NCBI GenBank assembly: GCA_000320545.1 | Contig: ADNK01000977.1 | Span: forward strand, 18,051 to 82,050 | Reading direction: 5' to 3' | DNA from: Bigelowiella natans CCMP2755 | Lineage: Eukaryota; Protista; Cercozoa | DNA length: 64,000 nt | Shown here: one piece after another, positions 24,738 to 36,612 of the stretch | Position numbering within the stretch: the stretch's first letter is position 1 | Layout of the letters: the number at the start of each line of letters is the position of its first letter | Position numbers and translations under genes: made by a program | The notes under the pieces: model-generated | What the model saw: only the letters and a program-made list of their open reading frames with translations | The model's database searches: none | Told to the model about the DNA's origin: nothing

Positions 24738-26435
24738 TCACTTCTTATCAGCATCAAGGGAGGTATTATTTGTGTCTGTGGTTGGAGATGGCGGTGTTGT
24801 TGTTGTTGTCGAAGAGTTGGAGAAATTCTTCCAAATATCCGAATTTCTTGTCGAAAGGAGGAGGAGATTAGCGAACCCTATGAAGCCTCCTACCACTAAG
24901 AAGGGGAGGCCCGGAGAATTCAGCTTATATCCAAGGCCATATAACTTGCTGCAGACTAGAGGTGTGATTACGCGAGTAATGGCATACAAATTATTCCTTG
25001 CCGACGTGAGCTCGCCAAAATTAATGCCCTTTTCTCCTGCCATCTTCACCACGAGAGAGTTCGGTGTCAGCGAGCAGATCGTTCCCGGCGCTCCAAGTGC
25101 AAGGGCGACGAAGAAGAGCGCCTGCGTGTCAACGAAGCCATACGTAATGAACGCTGCTGTCACCAAAGAAGTACTCCAGAAGGCGAGGCCAAAGGCTCCG
25201 AGCATTCGAATCAACGATCCCGCCACAAATCCACCGGTGATGGTGATCAGTCCTAGCAGAGAGTAAACGTTTCCTATCATTGCAGGGGTCCAAGCTAATA
25301 CCTCCCGAAGGAAAATTTGGAATACATCTCCCATGTAAAGTCGTATCGTCTGCAGCATGGTGATTAGGTTGAGGCGTGTGAAGAGCGAGCCGTGAGAAAA
25401 GAGGGAGATGAACGAGAAAGGGTTCAGTTTCTTCAAGCTCATGGGCTTCCTCTTACATTGCCCGTGCGTCTCTTTTACATTCAGTGCGATGAGGACAGAA
25501 AGAGAGGTTATTATTCCCGAGACTGCATATGGTAAACGCAGGCTAATCGTTGACATGTAGCCTCCAATTGCACTTGCCAATACCACACCAACGCCTGACC
25601 AAGACTGTATCCTAGCCGTCTTCTTCGCATAAACTCCAGAGTTGTCCGCGTACATATCGGCCAGTGTTGCGTAGAATGTGCTAAAGAGGGGGAGCATGTT
25701 GAGAATTAACCTAACAGCGATAAAAACCCAGAGATTTGGTGACGACGCTACCAGGAGATAACCTAAACCAGTGATAAATGAGCTTCCAACAAGGAAAAAC
25801 TTGCGGCCAATCTGATCGCTAAAGCCTCCCCAGAATGGATTAACTACAAACTCCATGGCCGCTGCAAGCGAGGCTACAAGATTCAACGTATCAAGAGCTG
25901 ATGGCGTATTTCCGTTGAAGTGCTTGGTTGCGATTATAGGTCCAGTTGTGATGACAAGAATGTTGGAGAAGATCTTGCAAAAGTACAGCACTGTCAGCAG
26001 CAAGTAGTTCCGATCTTTCTCCTTTTCTGTAAGGTCGCAACCTTGTTCCTCTCCCGATTCCATTGCCAAAGTTGCTCCTATGGTAGTGAGGGACAAAGTC
26101 CTTTTGGTGTCGGGTGTTCTTCGTCGTAATCCGAAGAAAGGGGAAAGCGGTCCCAAGTTCTGGAGCGAAGGCCTCGGCCTTGTCAACTGGCCGGTAGATT
26201 TGGAATGCAAATTTGTCGATGATATCATTGATACCGCATTTCTACTGGTGGTCGGTCTAACACTGCCTCGTTGACAGCTCCACACCGCCGGGTGATGTTT
26301 TGAATAAGGGGTAGTACACAGTTGCCTAGGCACAAATCGAGTTCTCGCAGTCCTTGAGAAGGCGGCGGCAGAGCTACTGTACAGCTGCTCCAGCCATATC
26401 AAAGCCAACACCCATCGCATAAATCCGGTGGCCAT
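24738..26435 (-). CDS. Major facilitator superfamily transporter (TetA/DHA1-like) with bipartite N-terminal presequence; intronless
   Basis: Uninterrupted 565-aa ORF with MFS motif A 'WGGFSDQIGRK', 'ATLADM', a motif-C-like 'GVVLASAIGGYM', loop 'KETH..KLNPFSF' and about 12 hydrophobic segments. The N-terminal ~125 aa are a signal peptide (to SSSAAAF) plus an S/T/R-rich, acid-poor transit-like region. Confidence 0.92.
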   Translation of the reverse strand: MATGFMRWVLALIWLEQLYSSSAAAFSRTARTRFVPRQLCTTPYSKHHPAVWSCQRGSVRPTTSRNAVSMISSTNLHSKSTGQLTRPRPSLQNLGPLSPFFGLRRRTPDTKRTLSLTTIGATLAMESGEEQGCDLTEKEKDRNYLLLTVLYFCKIFSNILVITTGPIIATKHFNGNTPSALDTLNLVASLAAAMEFVVNPFWGGFSDQIGRKFFLVGSSFITGLGYLLVASSPNLWVFIAVRLILNMLPLFSTFYATLADMYADNSGVYAKKTARIQSWSGVGVVLASAIGGYMSTISLRLPYAVSGIITSLSVLIALNVKETHGQCKRKPMSLKKLNPFSFISLFSHGSLFTRLNLITMLQTIRLYMGDVFQIFLREVLAWTPAMIGNVYSLLGLITITGGFVAGSLIRMLGAFGLAFWSTSLVTAAFITYGFVDTQALFFVALALGAPGTICSLTPNSLVVKMAGEKGINFGELTSARNNLYAITRVITPLVCSKLYGLGYKLNSPGLPFLVVGGFIGFANLLLLSTRNSDIWKNFSNSSTTTTTPPSPTTDTNNTSLDADKK

Positions 26436-26792
26436 CGTAAATCTGCCGATGGGGCGCCGGGTTGTCTAGTTGGTATGGATGTGGAATGGGGGACCCCTCT
26501 CCCTATGGGGTGTTGGACATACGAGGTAGACTTTTGTTCTCTCCTTTTCGTCTCTAATTCTCTCTTTTCGTTCCTGCGCCAGACCAAATGCCTACTAAAA
26601 TCTTATAAATCTCCTGCGTTTTACTGCCGACTGTAGAATTTCGGGGAGGAGTTAAGTCCCATCCTTTTGGATCCGAGAGAAAGAGTCTTAGTTTTTGCCG
26701 CGGCGATAGTACCGCCGAAAGGCCGTTGTGCCTGTTGTTGCATTTGTTCTAATACTGTTTCATAATCTATACGATATTATCAGCTTGGAAAA
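26436..26792. promoter_or_regulatory. Short divergent (head-to-head) region between the MFS and acyl-CoA synthetase genes
   Basis: 357 bp between divergent ATGs must hold both 5'UTRs and the promoter(s). Confidence 0.55.
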
Positions 26793-28246
26793 ATGTCCAA
26801 CGAGCAAATTTGCACGATGGCGGCGATGGCGCATCCGCACGAGAAGAAGAGCGAGTGGCGATCGTATTATCAAGCGCAGCTTACGATGCCTTCGTTGCTT
26901 GATCGAGCAGCGAAGTACCACCCAGATACGGAAGTTGTAACGCAGATTAGTGGTGATGACCTTAGTGACACACATACACAGAGCAGCATCCTGATATTTT
27001 TTTCGATACGATTCGTCGGCCGTTGATGACGTGCGCGCAGAGAGGTGGATGTGAGCGTCCTGATATTTTATCGATACCATTATTGACCAGACTGCATCAT
27101 TGCGTATTCTCTCGCCAATTTGTCGTCCACGTGTTGCGTTAATTTGCCACCACTCTGTAGGAGGAAGAGCACACGTGATCTCGTACAAAGAGCACCAGAA
27201 GAGGTGAGGTGAGGTGAGGGTAAAGGCGGGATTGATATGACTACACTGCCATCACATTAGATTGTTGATTGTTTTTGTCCTCAGCTGACGCTACTTACGC
27301 CATCACCGTGAAATAGCGATCATAAGTGTTGAAGCACGATCATTCTTCCGCACCGTTGCATTCTTTCAATCTTTGTCATTGGTACACACGTAGATCTGTA
27401 TTGCTGGGATCAGCCTTGGTCAAGTGTGGTATTAAGCGCGGCGATGTGGTTGCGACGTTTATGTGGAACAATTCGAGGCATCTGCAGGTGTCAGTGAATA
27501 ACCGAACGAATAATTTGCAACTAACTCTGGTCAAGCATTTTGCACAGTGAGGACATGGTTATGAGAGTTGTTCTAACACTGTTTTGTACCCTATGATGAT
27601 GAACCTAGATCTATCATGCGGTCCCTTGCATCGGTTGCGTACTACACACAGTCAACATTCGGCTTCATCCTGAAAAGGTGCGCTCATCGGTTGTATCATG
27701 GATACACAGCTTCCTTATATTAATTACCACAAGAAGCAAACAGTGACTCGCAATGCTTGCAAAGATGATCGTTTCAATAACAAAAAACAACCACTTATCA
27801 GCTGGCCTTCATCATCCAGCATGCGGAAGACGAAGTGATCTTCGTGGACGAATGTGAGTGGTGTCGTTTTAGATTAAATATTCTCCCTTAACAACCGAAG
27901 TTAGAAGCAGAGAAATAGAAGCAGAGAAAATTCGAGAAAAGGGCGATGATGCGAAGCTTTACCTATATGTAGCAAATGTCTCCTAAATCCCTTGTCATTG
28001 ATGACGATGTACTTGCGTAGCATTGCTCTCGCTGCTAAGGAAGGTCTCGAAAGAAGCTCTCACACGTGTACGTGATGCTCTATTGACATAAACATCGGGA
28101 ATTATCCTCATATATAACAATGCATATCTTTGCATATGAAAACAAAGAAAAGCAACTGGAAAAAAAAATACTAATCTTATAACACTGGGCACAGATTTAA
28201 CTAGATAAATATGCAAATATCAAGAACATATTGAACATGATATAAA

Positions 28247-28286
<40 letters not shown>

Positions 28287-29162
28287 GCAGTAATGATTAT
28301 GGGAGTGTAATTTCAAATACCACCATTCTATAGCATCATAGCTATCATCATCATCATCATCATCATCATCACCAACACGTGTACTACTCAGATCAAAATG
28401 CTGGTCATCTGCGGGAAGGACGAAAGTCAGTATAAAAGAAATAGGAATTTAATTTTAAATAAATACGCGTAGCATTGATTCCTCCTCCCCTTTCTCACAA
28501 TACCTTTTAACGATAAAACCAATGAAGTCCGATGCGGTGCGAAAAGACAGATGATTCATTTCTACTCGACTACACACGTAGCTAGCAAGAAGTTGGCGAT
28601 AAACTGCGCAGCTGATGCGCACGATTTTAAAGATTTGCAGAGAAGTCGATCATTGTCATCAAGACACGATGACATATTTCTCTTTACGGAGCTTCGCTTA
28701 TCATAAAAACCCCTTCAAACCGCCTTTTTGCTATCAGCGCGTTAAGTGGAATCGTCACAAACTTCTATGATGCTTTTTTCTTCCTTTGCACGATTCTTCA
28801 TTCGAACACTGCTGCTATATTAGTGCCGTGCTCCCTGAGTGTAGAGGACAAGAACGATTTAAGCAGAAGCTTCCCGTCTATTCGTCGAATCGTAACGTAC
28901 GAAGAGTTACTCAGTGAAGGCAGTCCCACTTTTCAATGGTAAAGAAATGATGATGAAAATGATGATCGTGATCATGATATATGCAACAACATGAATTTGT
29001 CTTTCCCTTGTAATGCTTATGTTGGAAGATGATGATACGTGATCTTGTGGTATGCTGCAGGCCATCTGCCGCTCTTGATGAGGATATGCCAATGGCTCTC
29101 TGCTATACGTCGGGAACAACAGGTGGCTGAGCTTGCTACTGCGGATATCACTTAAATATGTA

Positions 29163-29193
<31 letters not shown>

Positions 29194-29543
29194 GACGATG
29201 GTGATAATGATGATGATTGAAATGATACGATAATATTGATGACAACAGCGCGTACGACACGCTGGTGGAGGAGAGTTAAACATAGATTTGTGATCAAGTG
29301 AATATCACTCGTTGTCGTCGTCGTTGTCGTCATCGTTGTCGTCGTCGTTGTCGTCGTCGTTGTTGTTGTTGTTGCAAACATCGTTGTGTTTGATTCCCAC
29401 TGCTACTCTTCTCCAATTGCCGTTTCCATCCTCCTCCTCCTCCTCCTCCAGGAATGCCAAAAGGAGTGATGTATTCGCATAAATCTCAGTATATAACAAT
29501 CCTGAACAATATGGCAGCCAGTCAAACGGTTGCTATCACAAGA

Positions 29544-29601
<58 letters not shown>

Positions 29602-29627
29602 CACACACACACACACACACACACCAA

Positions 29628-29693
<66 letters not shown>

Positions 29694-30013
29694 GCACGAA
29701 CACCACACTCCGCATCATCTAGTATCTCATCTGATGGCGATTGCGTAATTTGCATATTTCCTCCTTTGTTCATTATCATGATCCTTTCTCATCCCTCCTC
29801 CTCCTCCTCCTCCTCCTCCTTCTTCTTCTTCTTCTTCTTCTCCTCCTTCATTCGTAGGGTTTCTGCCCACATGACACTGCTTTGCCTGTAGTTCCGATGT
29901 TTCACGCTATGGCCTGGGGTGATAATAGTAGTAACAGCACTAGTAATAGTGATAGCGGTAGTGGTAGGAACAGTGGTAGTAGTAGTAGTAGCAGTAGTAG
30001 TAGTTGTAGTAAG

Positions 30014-30044
<31 letters not shown>

Positions 30045-30899
30045 CCCCCTTCACCCATCTTCTCACGTCACTATGATGTATTTCGCAGGAATCGCATACG
30101 CGGCACTAGCGAGTGGCTGTCGTCTCATTCTCACCAATGAGTACATGAAGCCCGATGTAATAGCAGTAAAAACAACCCTGAATGATTGGTGCACAGCATC
30201 GGAGAACAGCGTTGTATAGCCAACGGAATCATCTCCGGTGTTGGATCTCGCACAGCATCATCAACAACAAGAATAATTATTACACAACTTCAATATGGGG
30301 GGGGGGTGGGGGGGGGGTTACTAGCCTTCCCATGTCGTGCAATCACCATAATCCATTGATTCACGTTGATTGTTATATTGTATCCTTTGTCACTTCTTCG
30401 CTCAAAAGGACACCGCAGAGATGATCTTAAAGCATGGCGTCACTGTCGTTTCAGGTCATCGTAGGAGCGCCAGTGCTAACTCTGAATGCAGCACTCTCTT
30501 CATGATAAGCTGCTGTTTCCTGCTTTGTTGGTCGCTTGCTGAAATACTCTCTCCCCCTCGTGCCGTTGCCTCAGGAGTCCCCACGATTTGGCAAGGCATC
30601 AGGAGATCTTTGGAGCAAAATCCTGATAAATACTCCCGGTAAGAAAAGGAGGCTTTCGTATCTATAGCTTCGTTCGAAATATTTGTATTATTTTCTGATT
30701 CCATCTTCTCCAACCCTATTTCTCCCCCCCCCCCCCCCCTCCCTCCTACCATTTATATCTGCTCCAGAATCCGCGGTGTGTTTGTTCGAGGGACGACGGG
30801 GGGGAGCAAGTTCTCATTGGCCCTTTTGAGGCAAGCTATGTTTTTTTTTTTCTGTTTGCTTGAAATCTCCAATCTACTGATTACTCGCAACTCACATCG

Positions 30900-30944
<45 letters not shown>

Positions 30945-31245
30945 TTAACCTCCCACAGCAAATCATCTTTATCGTCGTCGTCATCAAAATAATAATGAAA
31001 TGACTACGGAGAATCATGTATATTTGCGAGTTTACAGTGTCTGGCTGAATAGCTAGATGCGTTTCCTCCTTTGAAATGCCTAATATTCCCTGATAAAAAT
31101 GATCAAAATTACATCATAATATACGTCCCATCATCATCATCATCATCATCATCATCGTCGTCGTCGTCGTCGTCCACTATTGTGTAGGTGGTTTTGGCAA
31201 AACTGGGGAGTTGAGGTTGTGCAGACCTGGGTATTATCATCGTTC

Positions 31246-31281
<36 letters not shown>

Positions 31282-32362
31282 GTGGTGGATAAGTGCCAAA
31301 AAACTTCAATTTCCACGTTTTAAGCGAATAACACTTTATGATCACGGCACGGGGCTAGACTGTCGATGTTTTGAGTTCTATCATAATCTCATTGCTTTAC
31401 ATATCACTATTGGGCTCCTCTTTTCGTACGGTTCCGATGTTTAAAATGTGGTGATGTGTCTTTGCGGCATCATTAGAGGAGGGTCATAATGAGAAACACA
31501 CACGCACACACACACACACACACACACAATACGTACTCTATAGGGTATGACGGAGACAAACCCTTTAGGCACCGCAGCTCGAAGAATGTGAGAGTTACTT
31601 TCTGTTGTGCAGCACTAGAATGATGATGATGATCATGATGATGATGATGATATTGCTCGTCATCACTCTCATCCTACACCTTCACCACCATCCTCATCAT
31701 TATCATGAGTCTCATGAAAATAATAATGCTCAGCATCATCATCACTATCATCCTCATATTAACTGTAGTGACGGGCAGAAGCAACTGCGCCATTCCTCAG
31801 ATTTGCATCTCAAAACAGTCGGGAGACCCGTGGTAGTACTTGTAGCAGTACTACTACTACTACTACTACTACTACTAGTTGTTGTTGTTTTTGTTGTAGT
31901 AGTAATAGTGTTTGGCCTTAGCCGCAACAGCAGAAAACGCGGCGTACGCTATGACAAAATACGAATCAGCTCCAAAGATGTTCATTCTCACAGTAGCAAG
32001 AGACTGCAGCTCTCATCACGTCACACAACACGCACAGATTCTCAACGCAAATGACGCGGTCCTTCCCCCTCTTCGATAGCTACCATTGATTGCGTATGTA
32101 TGTCATAATTAGCTAGGAAATGAAGTCCGCATCGTGCATCCCGAGACTAAGAAGTCTCTCCCTAACGACGGCAAGGTCATCAAATGCGCGAAGTGCAGAT
32201 CTCACTACCATTGACAAATACCAGAAGTTATACACGAAATTTGCTGATTCGGTGTTGTGCACGCTCCGCTGCTGCAGCATGTAGGAGAGCTTCTTGTCCG
32301 GGGACCGGTTGTGATATCCGCCTACTACAAGAAGATTGGTGCTGCTGTTACGCTGCTAGTCC

Positions 32363-32397
<35 letters not shown>

Positions 32398-32842
32398 TAT
32401 CATTATCATTATCATCATCATCATTATCATCATCATCATCAACAACAACGACGACGACGACGACGACGACGACGCCATCAACATCATGATCCGACTATAA
32501 CTATACATACTGTCTCATCTTGCTTACAACTTATACAGAGATATAGTACACTGAATCTCACCGTTGCAACCACATTCATTGCTTCGTTGATCTATGCTAT
32601 AGTAATAGCTTGCCTTCTTCCCCCCCCCCCTTGTAACAGGCACAACACCAGACAAATTCGTAGAAGGATGGCTGAATACTGGTGATTTGGCCTCGATCTC
32701 GCACGACGGTTACGTTACGATTCACGACCGAAGCAAAGACGTTATCAAGTCCGGGGGAGAGTGGTATTTACTCACCTAAATCATAACTATTGTGTGTGTG
32801 TGTGTGTGTGTGTGTAAGTGTGTCATTGGCGACTTACCCCGG

Positions 32843-32891
<49 letters not shown>

Positions 32892-33039
32892 TTATATATT
32901 CTTCATCGGTGTGAATGAATCAACAGGATTTCCTCAATTGATATGGCAAATCATCTGATGAAGCTAAATGACAACTTCAAACACGTGGCAGTTGTGGGTG
33001 TATTTCATCCAAAGTGGGACGAGAGGTGATTCTATTGCT

Positions 33040-33084
<45 letters not shown>

Positions 33085-33655
33085 AGTGATGATGATGGCG
33101 TGCCGAACGTATGGCAAAGGAATGAAAAGAAGAAGGAGGAGACGGCGGAAAAAATCGTGGCTTTAATCTGAAAATAGATTGTTCACACCTCGGTCTTGGC
33201 AATGTATGACTCACAATGCTTCAACGCTTCTTTTCAAATTTCAAATCGGAAAAACCGTAGCGATAAGGGGACCGGTTGTTCTCTTTGGCCGCTGGCAGTA
33301 TAAAACCTAATTCGGTCGATTTTACACTCGGCGATACGGTTTCTTCTTCATGAAATTGAAAGACGGAAAGTAGTTTCGATGTTGTGCTGAGGTGCTGATG
33401 GATTTGCACTACTACATCATCATCACAGGCCAATCGTAGTTATTGAACTGGCGGACAAATCAAGAAAAGCCCCCACTCTTAAGGAGATAAGAAAGCACTG
33501 TGCACGAGTATTTGCGAAGGTATCGTTGTTTACACCGAAAAATTGATAGAATATGCCATCCATCATCATCTTCATCATCTTCATCATCTTCATCATCTTC
33601 TTCTTCATCATCATCATCATCTTCTCCTTCTTCTTCATCTTTCTCGCTCTGCACC

Positions 33656-33689
<34 letters not shown>

Positions 33690-34084
33690 TTCTTCTTCAT
33701 CCTTCTCGCTCTGCACCACCACCACCGCCACCATCATTATTATCATCATCATGAATGACGCCAACATTTTTCATCATCATTTTTCAGTTTCAGCTTCCCG
33801 ATGACGTCCTGGTGTGGAACGAGATCCCAGTTTCAGGTAGCAGTATCTAAAATCGTGTAATGATGTTTTTCCATGTTCTTTAGCCGGTTATTTCTGCTAT
33901 CAATATATTTATCGAATGAGGCTTCTTCGCCTTTGCCAGACCACATTTTTATGCCAAACTAACGCCTGCATCGTGCCATTCTTACTACCATCGATAAGGT
34001 ACCGGGAAGATTGATAAGAAAGTGATTCGGGCAAAACTGAAGAGCATGAACTACAAACTTCCTCAGTTACGATCGCTTTTATGA
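26793..34084 (+). CDS. Acyl-CoA synthetase (AMP-forming), AlkK/DmdB-like medium/long-chain fatty-acid-CoA ligase family; ~25 exons
   Basis: Spliced motifs: '[21 protein letters not shown]', '[15 protein letters not shown]', '[11 protein letters not shown]', '[13 protein letters not shown]', P-loop 'LCYTSGTTG|[11 protein letters not shown]', '[13 protein letters not shown]', 'GVPTIW', 'QTW|GMTETNPLG', 'GWLNTGD', '[13 protein letters not shown]|ISSID', 'HPKWDER|P', 'GTGKIDKK'. It ends ..PQLRSLL* (stop 34082-34084). Confidence 0.93.
29543..29693. repeat. Compound intronic microsatellite (AC)n(AG)n(AC)n(CAG)n(CAA)n, representative of dozens in the window
   Basis: Directly visible. Similar compound arrays occur at e.g. 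~5279-5350, 8085-8143, 8563-8660, 14962-15044, 15631-15721, 45854-45918, 49816-49888 and 57685-57752. Confidence 0.95.
30831..31187 (+). other. Non-canonical GC-AG intron in the acyl-CoA synthetase gene
   Basis: Exon '..ACG GGG GGG AGC AAG TTC TCA TTG GCC CTT TTG AG|GCAAGC' joined to 'TAG|G TGG TTT TGG' gives in-frame [32 protein letters not shown]|GCAAG matches the strong consensus typical of GC donors, and the GT at ~30810 would delete this conserved-length segment. Confidence 0.7.
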
Positions 34085-34981
34085 TCTCTAGTTGCAGCTA
34101 CAAGGGGCAACATAGCAAAAACCCATTCTCACTCTCTTAGCCGAATGCTTATGCATATCGTCAAACATCGTGGTCATTCGAAATGCCAATGAAAGGACAA
34201 ACAGAACAAAGTGCAGACGCTTTACAAACTAGAAGGCATCTTCGATTTATTTAGTTATCATCATTGCAGCAGCTAGTGGGCCCGGCTGCTTACGGAATGC
34301 CCATGCATCGGTGTGTTTTGTTTTACCATTAGTGCTGATAGCATGTCTCATGCTGTGCTGTGAGATAGATCTGCTAGCGCTGACAAGTCACATCGTGGCG
34401 CGCGTAGCGTTGGCTCAAATTTGCGCTATATGCTCAAGATGCTAATAGCACCCTAACATCATTTAGACTGCACATGTCGGCGATGCAACAAGGTCAAGCT
34501 AGCGCGCAAGGTGCATGACCATGGGAATGTGCTCAAGGTGTAACACGCTGCTCTAGTGCTGACAGATGACCGATCATGAACAATGCGGCTGTGTAAGCCA
34601 TATAAAACACAAAGCAGCTTTGTATTCCTTTAATCTGCGAATACTAACTACATTTGATTATAAATATGCACGTTATTAAGCTAACGACCGAGGCGATGTT
34701 CGCATATCTCGTCTTTCTAAAAACGCACGCAGCGGCAGACGTTCGCTGTGTCACGCATTAACATTCCCACCACCACAGTGTCTCGATGCACGACGCCCAA
34801 TAATAATTCGCTCGCTTTGCCAGACGTTGAGTAGCTATTTCTCCGACCGAGGGATTTTATTAGCAATTCTGCCGGTAGACAGCCAATACTACTACCTCTA
34901 CTTCTACCATTCACAAGAAGCAGTGGACGGTCACGGCAATGCATCCCGAACTCGGCCATGCGATTAGTTTCTATGAAATAA

Positions 34982-36612
34982 TTACCGTTTTCTCTTTCGC
35001 ACCATCCGCTCCGCCTGCTGGATCGCTTTGCCCAATGCACGCATTTTGTTCATTGTCTCCTCATATTCAGGCGTAGGTTCAGAGTCGAAGACGATGCCCC
35101 CCCCCGCCTGCAGGTGAGCCACGCCATCTTTCACAGCGAGAGTGCGGATGGCGATGCACGTGTCCATATTGCCGCTGAAGCTGAAATGCCCCACGGCTCC
35201 AGAATATACCCCTCTGCTCTGCGGTTCCAGCCCGTTGACCAGCTGCATCGCTCTCACCTTTGGGGCACCCGTCACTGTCCCCGCAGGGAACACTGAGCGA
35301 AAGGCGTCGTACATTGTCTTATCCTTCGCCAGCTTCCCGGAGACGTGAGAGACGATATGCATTACGTGCGAGTACTTCTCGATGTGCATGAGCGAGTCGA
35401 TCTTCACAGTGCCAGGCTCAGCGACTCTACCAACGTCATTTCGCCCCAGATCGACAAGCATGATGTGCTCCGCACGCTCCTTCTCGTTGCTGAGCAGCTC
35501 TTTCGCAAGCGCTGCATCGGCTTCCTTCGTTTTCCCGCGCTTTCTTGTTCCCGCGATCGGATGCGTCGTCACTACCCCGTTCAGGCACTTGACCAGGAGC
35601 TCGGGAGATGCACCCACGACTTGAAAGGAATCGTAATCCATATAAAACATGTAAGGGCTGGGGTTGATCATTCTCAGCTCGCGGTATAGATCGAACGCAT
35701 TGACGCTTTGGAGGGGGCACATCAACCGCTGCGAAGGGACTGCCTGGATGATATCCCCGCCTTTAATGTGTTTCTTCAGTGTATCGACAAATCCTTCGTA
35801 GCCCTTTTGACCGACGTTTGATTTCATGTCTTCCATCGATTGGGATTTACCGTCCCCCCCCACTTTTACAGGATCGCGCTTTGGGATCGGTTTCTCGAGT
35901 AGCTCTCGTACTGAGTTCAATTGACGAACAGCGTCCTCATAGAGCGATTGAATAGTGACTCCTTTGCCACCATTTTTCTCATAATCATTGAGACGGTACA
36001 AAGGGATATTGTTTATGATCTTGATGGTGTGGTTGACACGGTCGATACAAACGATAGTGGAATAGAATGAGAACACGCAGTCTGGGATATCCAGAGCCTT
36101 CTTCGCGGGAACTTGGACCGTAGGCTCGAAGAACCGAACGCAATCATAGCCTACATAGCCGACCGCTCCGCCGGTAAACTCAGGTATATTTTCGTTGGGC
36201 ATGAGATTGATATCCTTGAGCTCCTTCTCGATCACCCTGAGGGGATCACATTTGTTGTCTGGTCCGAACTCCATTATTTTGTAGGGATTCACCCCGATGA
36301 AGGAGTATCGAGCAATGTTTTCTCCCCCAGCAACGGACTCAAAGAGGAATTTTGGCCCCTTTGACTTGTTCAGCTGGGTTTAAAGAGGGGGGGGGGGGGG
36401 GGGGGGGCATAAGAGAATAAGTGCGAATTCGCTGTAGTACAATGCATGCAGCAGCTCTCTACCTTTAGATAGACTGTGACAGGCGTGTCCAAATCAGCAA
36501 CCATCTCGAAATAAATGGGCACCAGATTGTACTTTCCCTCCTTAACCACGGCCTGCAGCTCTCCCAGCGTAAGGGATACCTCAAGCTCCTCAGCGAGTTT
36601 CTCAACCTCCAT
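34982..36612 (-). CDS. trpE: Anthranilate synthase component I (TRP2/TrpE), 2 coding exons
   Basis: Exon 1 (36612-36463) 'NLVPIYFEMVADLDTPVTVYLK'. Exon 2 from 36373 'FLFESVAGGENIARYSFIG..FTGGAVGYVGYD..GDIIQAVPSQR..INPSPYMFY..GASPELLVK..HPIAGTRKRG..EKERAEHIMLVDLGRND..YSHVMHIVS..FPAGTVTGAPKVRAM..GGGIVFDS..EETMNK'. Confidence 0.97.

Noticed and set aside
33636-33740. Two copies of 'ttctcgctctgcaccaccaccacc..catcat' resembling a repeat-spacer unit
   Set aside because: A local tandem duplication inside an SSR-rich intron, with only two units and no CRISPR or TE features.
24738-36612. Possible biosynthetic cluster: MFS exporter + CoA ligase + anthranilate synthase (e.g. an anthraniloyl-CoA-derived metabolite)
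   Set aside because: The adjacency is tempting, but the inferred compartments differ (plastid-type presequence, PTS1-like tail, no presequence). The ligase is fatty-acyl type rather than aryl-CoA type, and no condensing or tailoring enzyme is nearby. Co-expression or conserved synteny would be needed to revive the idea.
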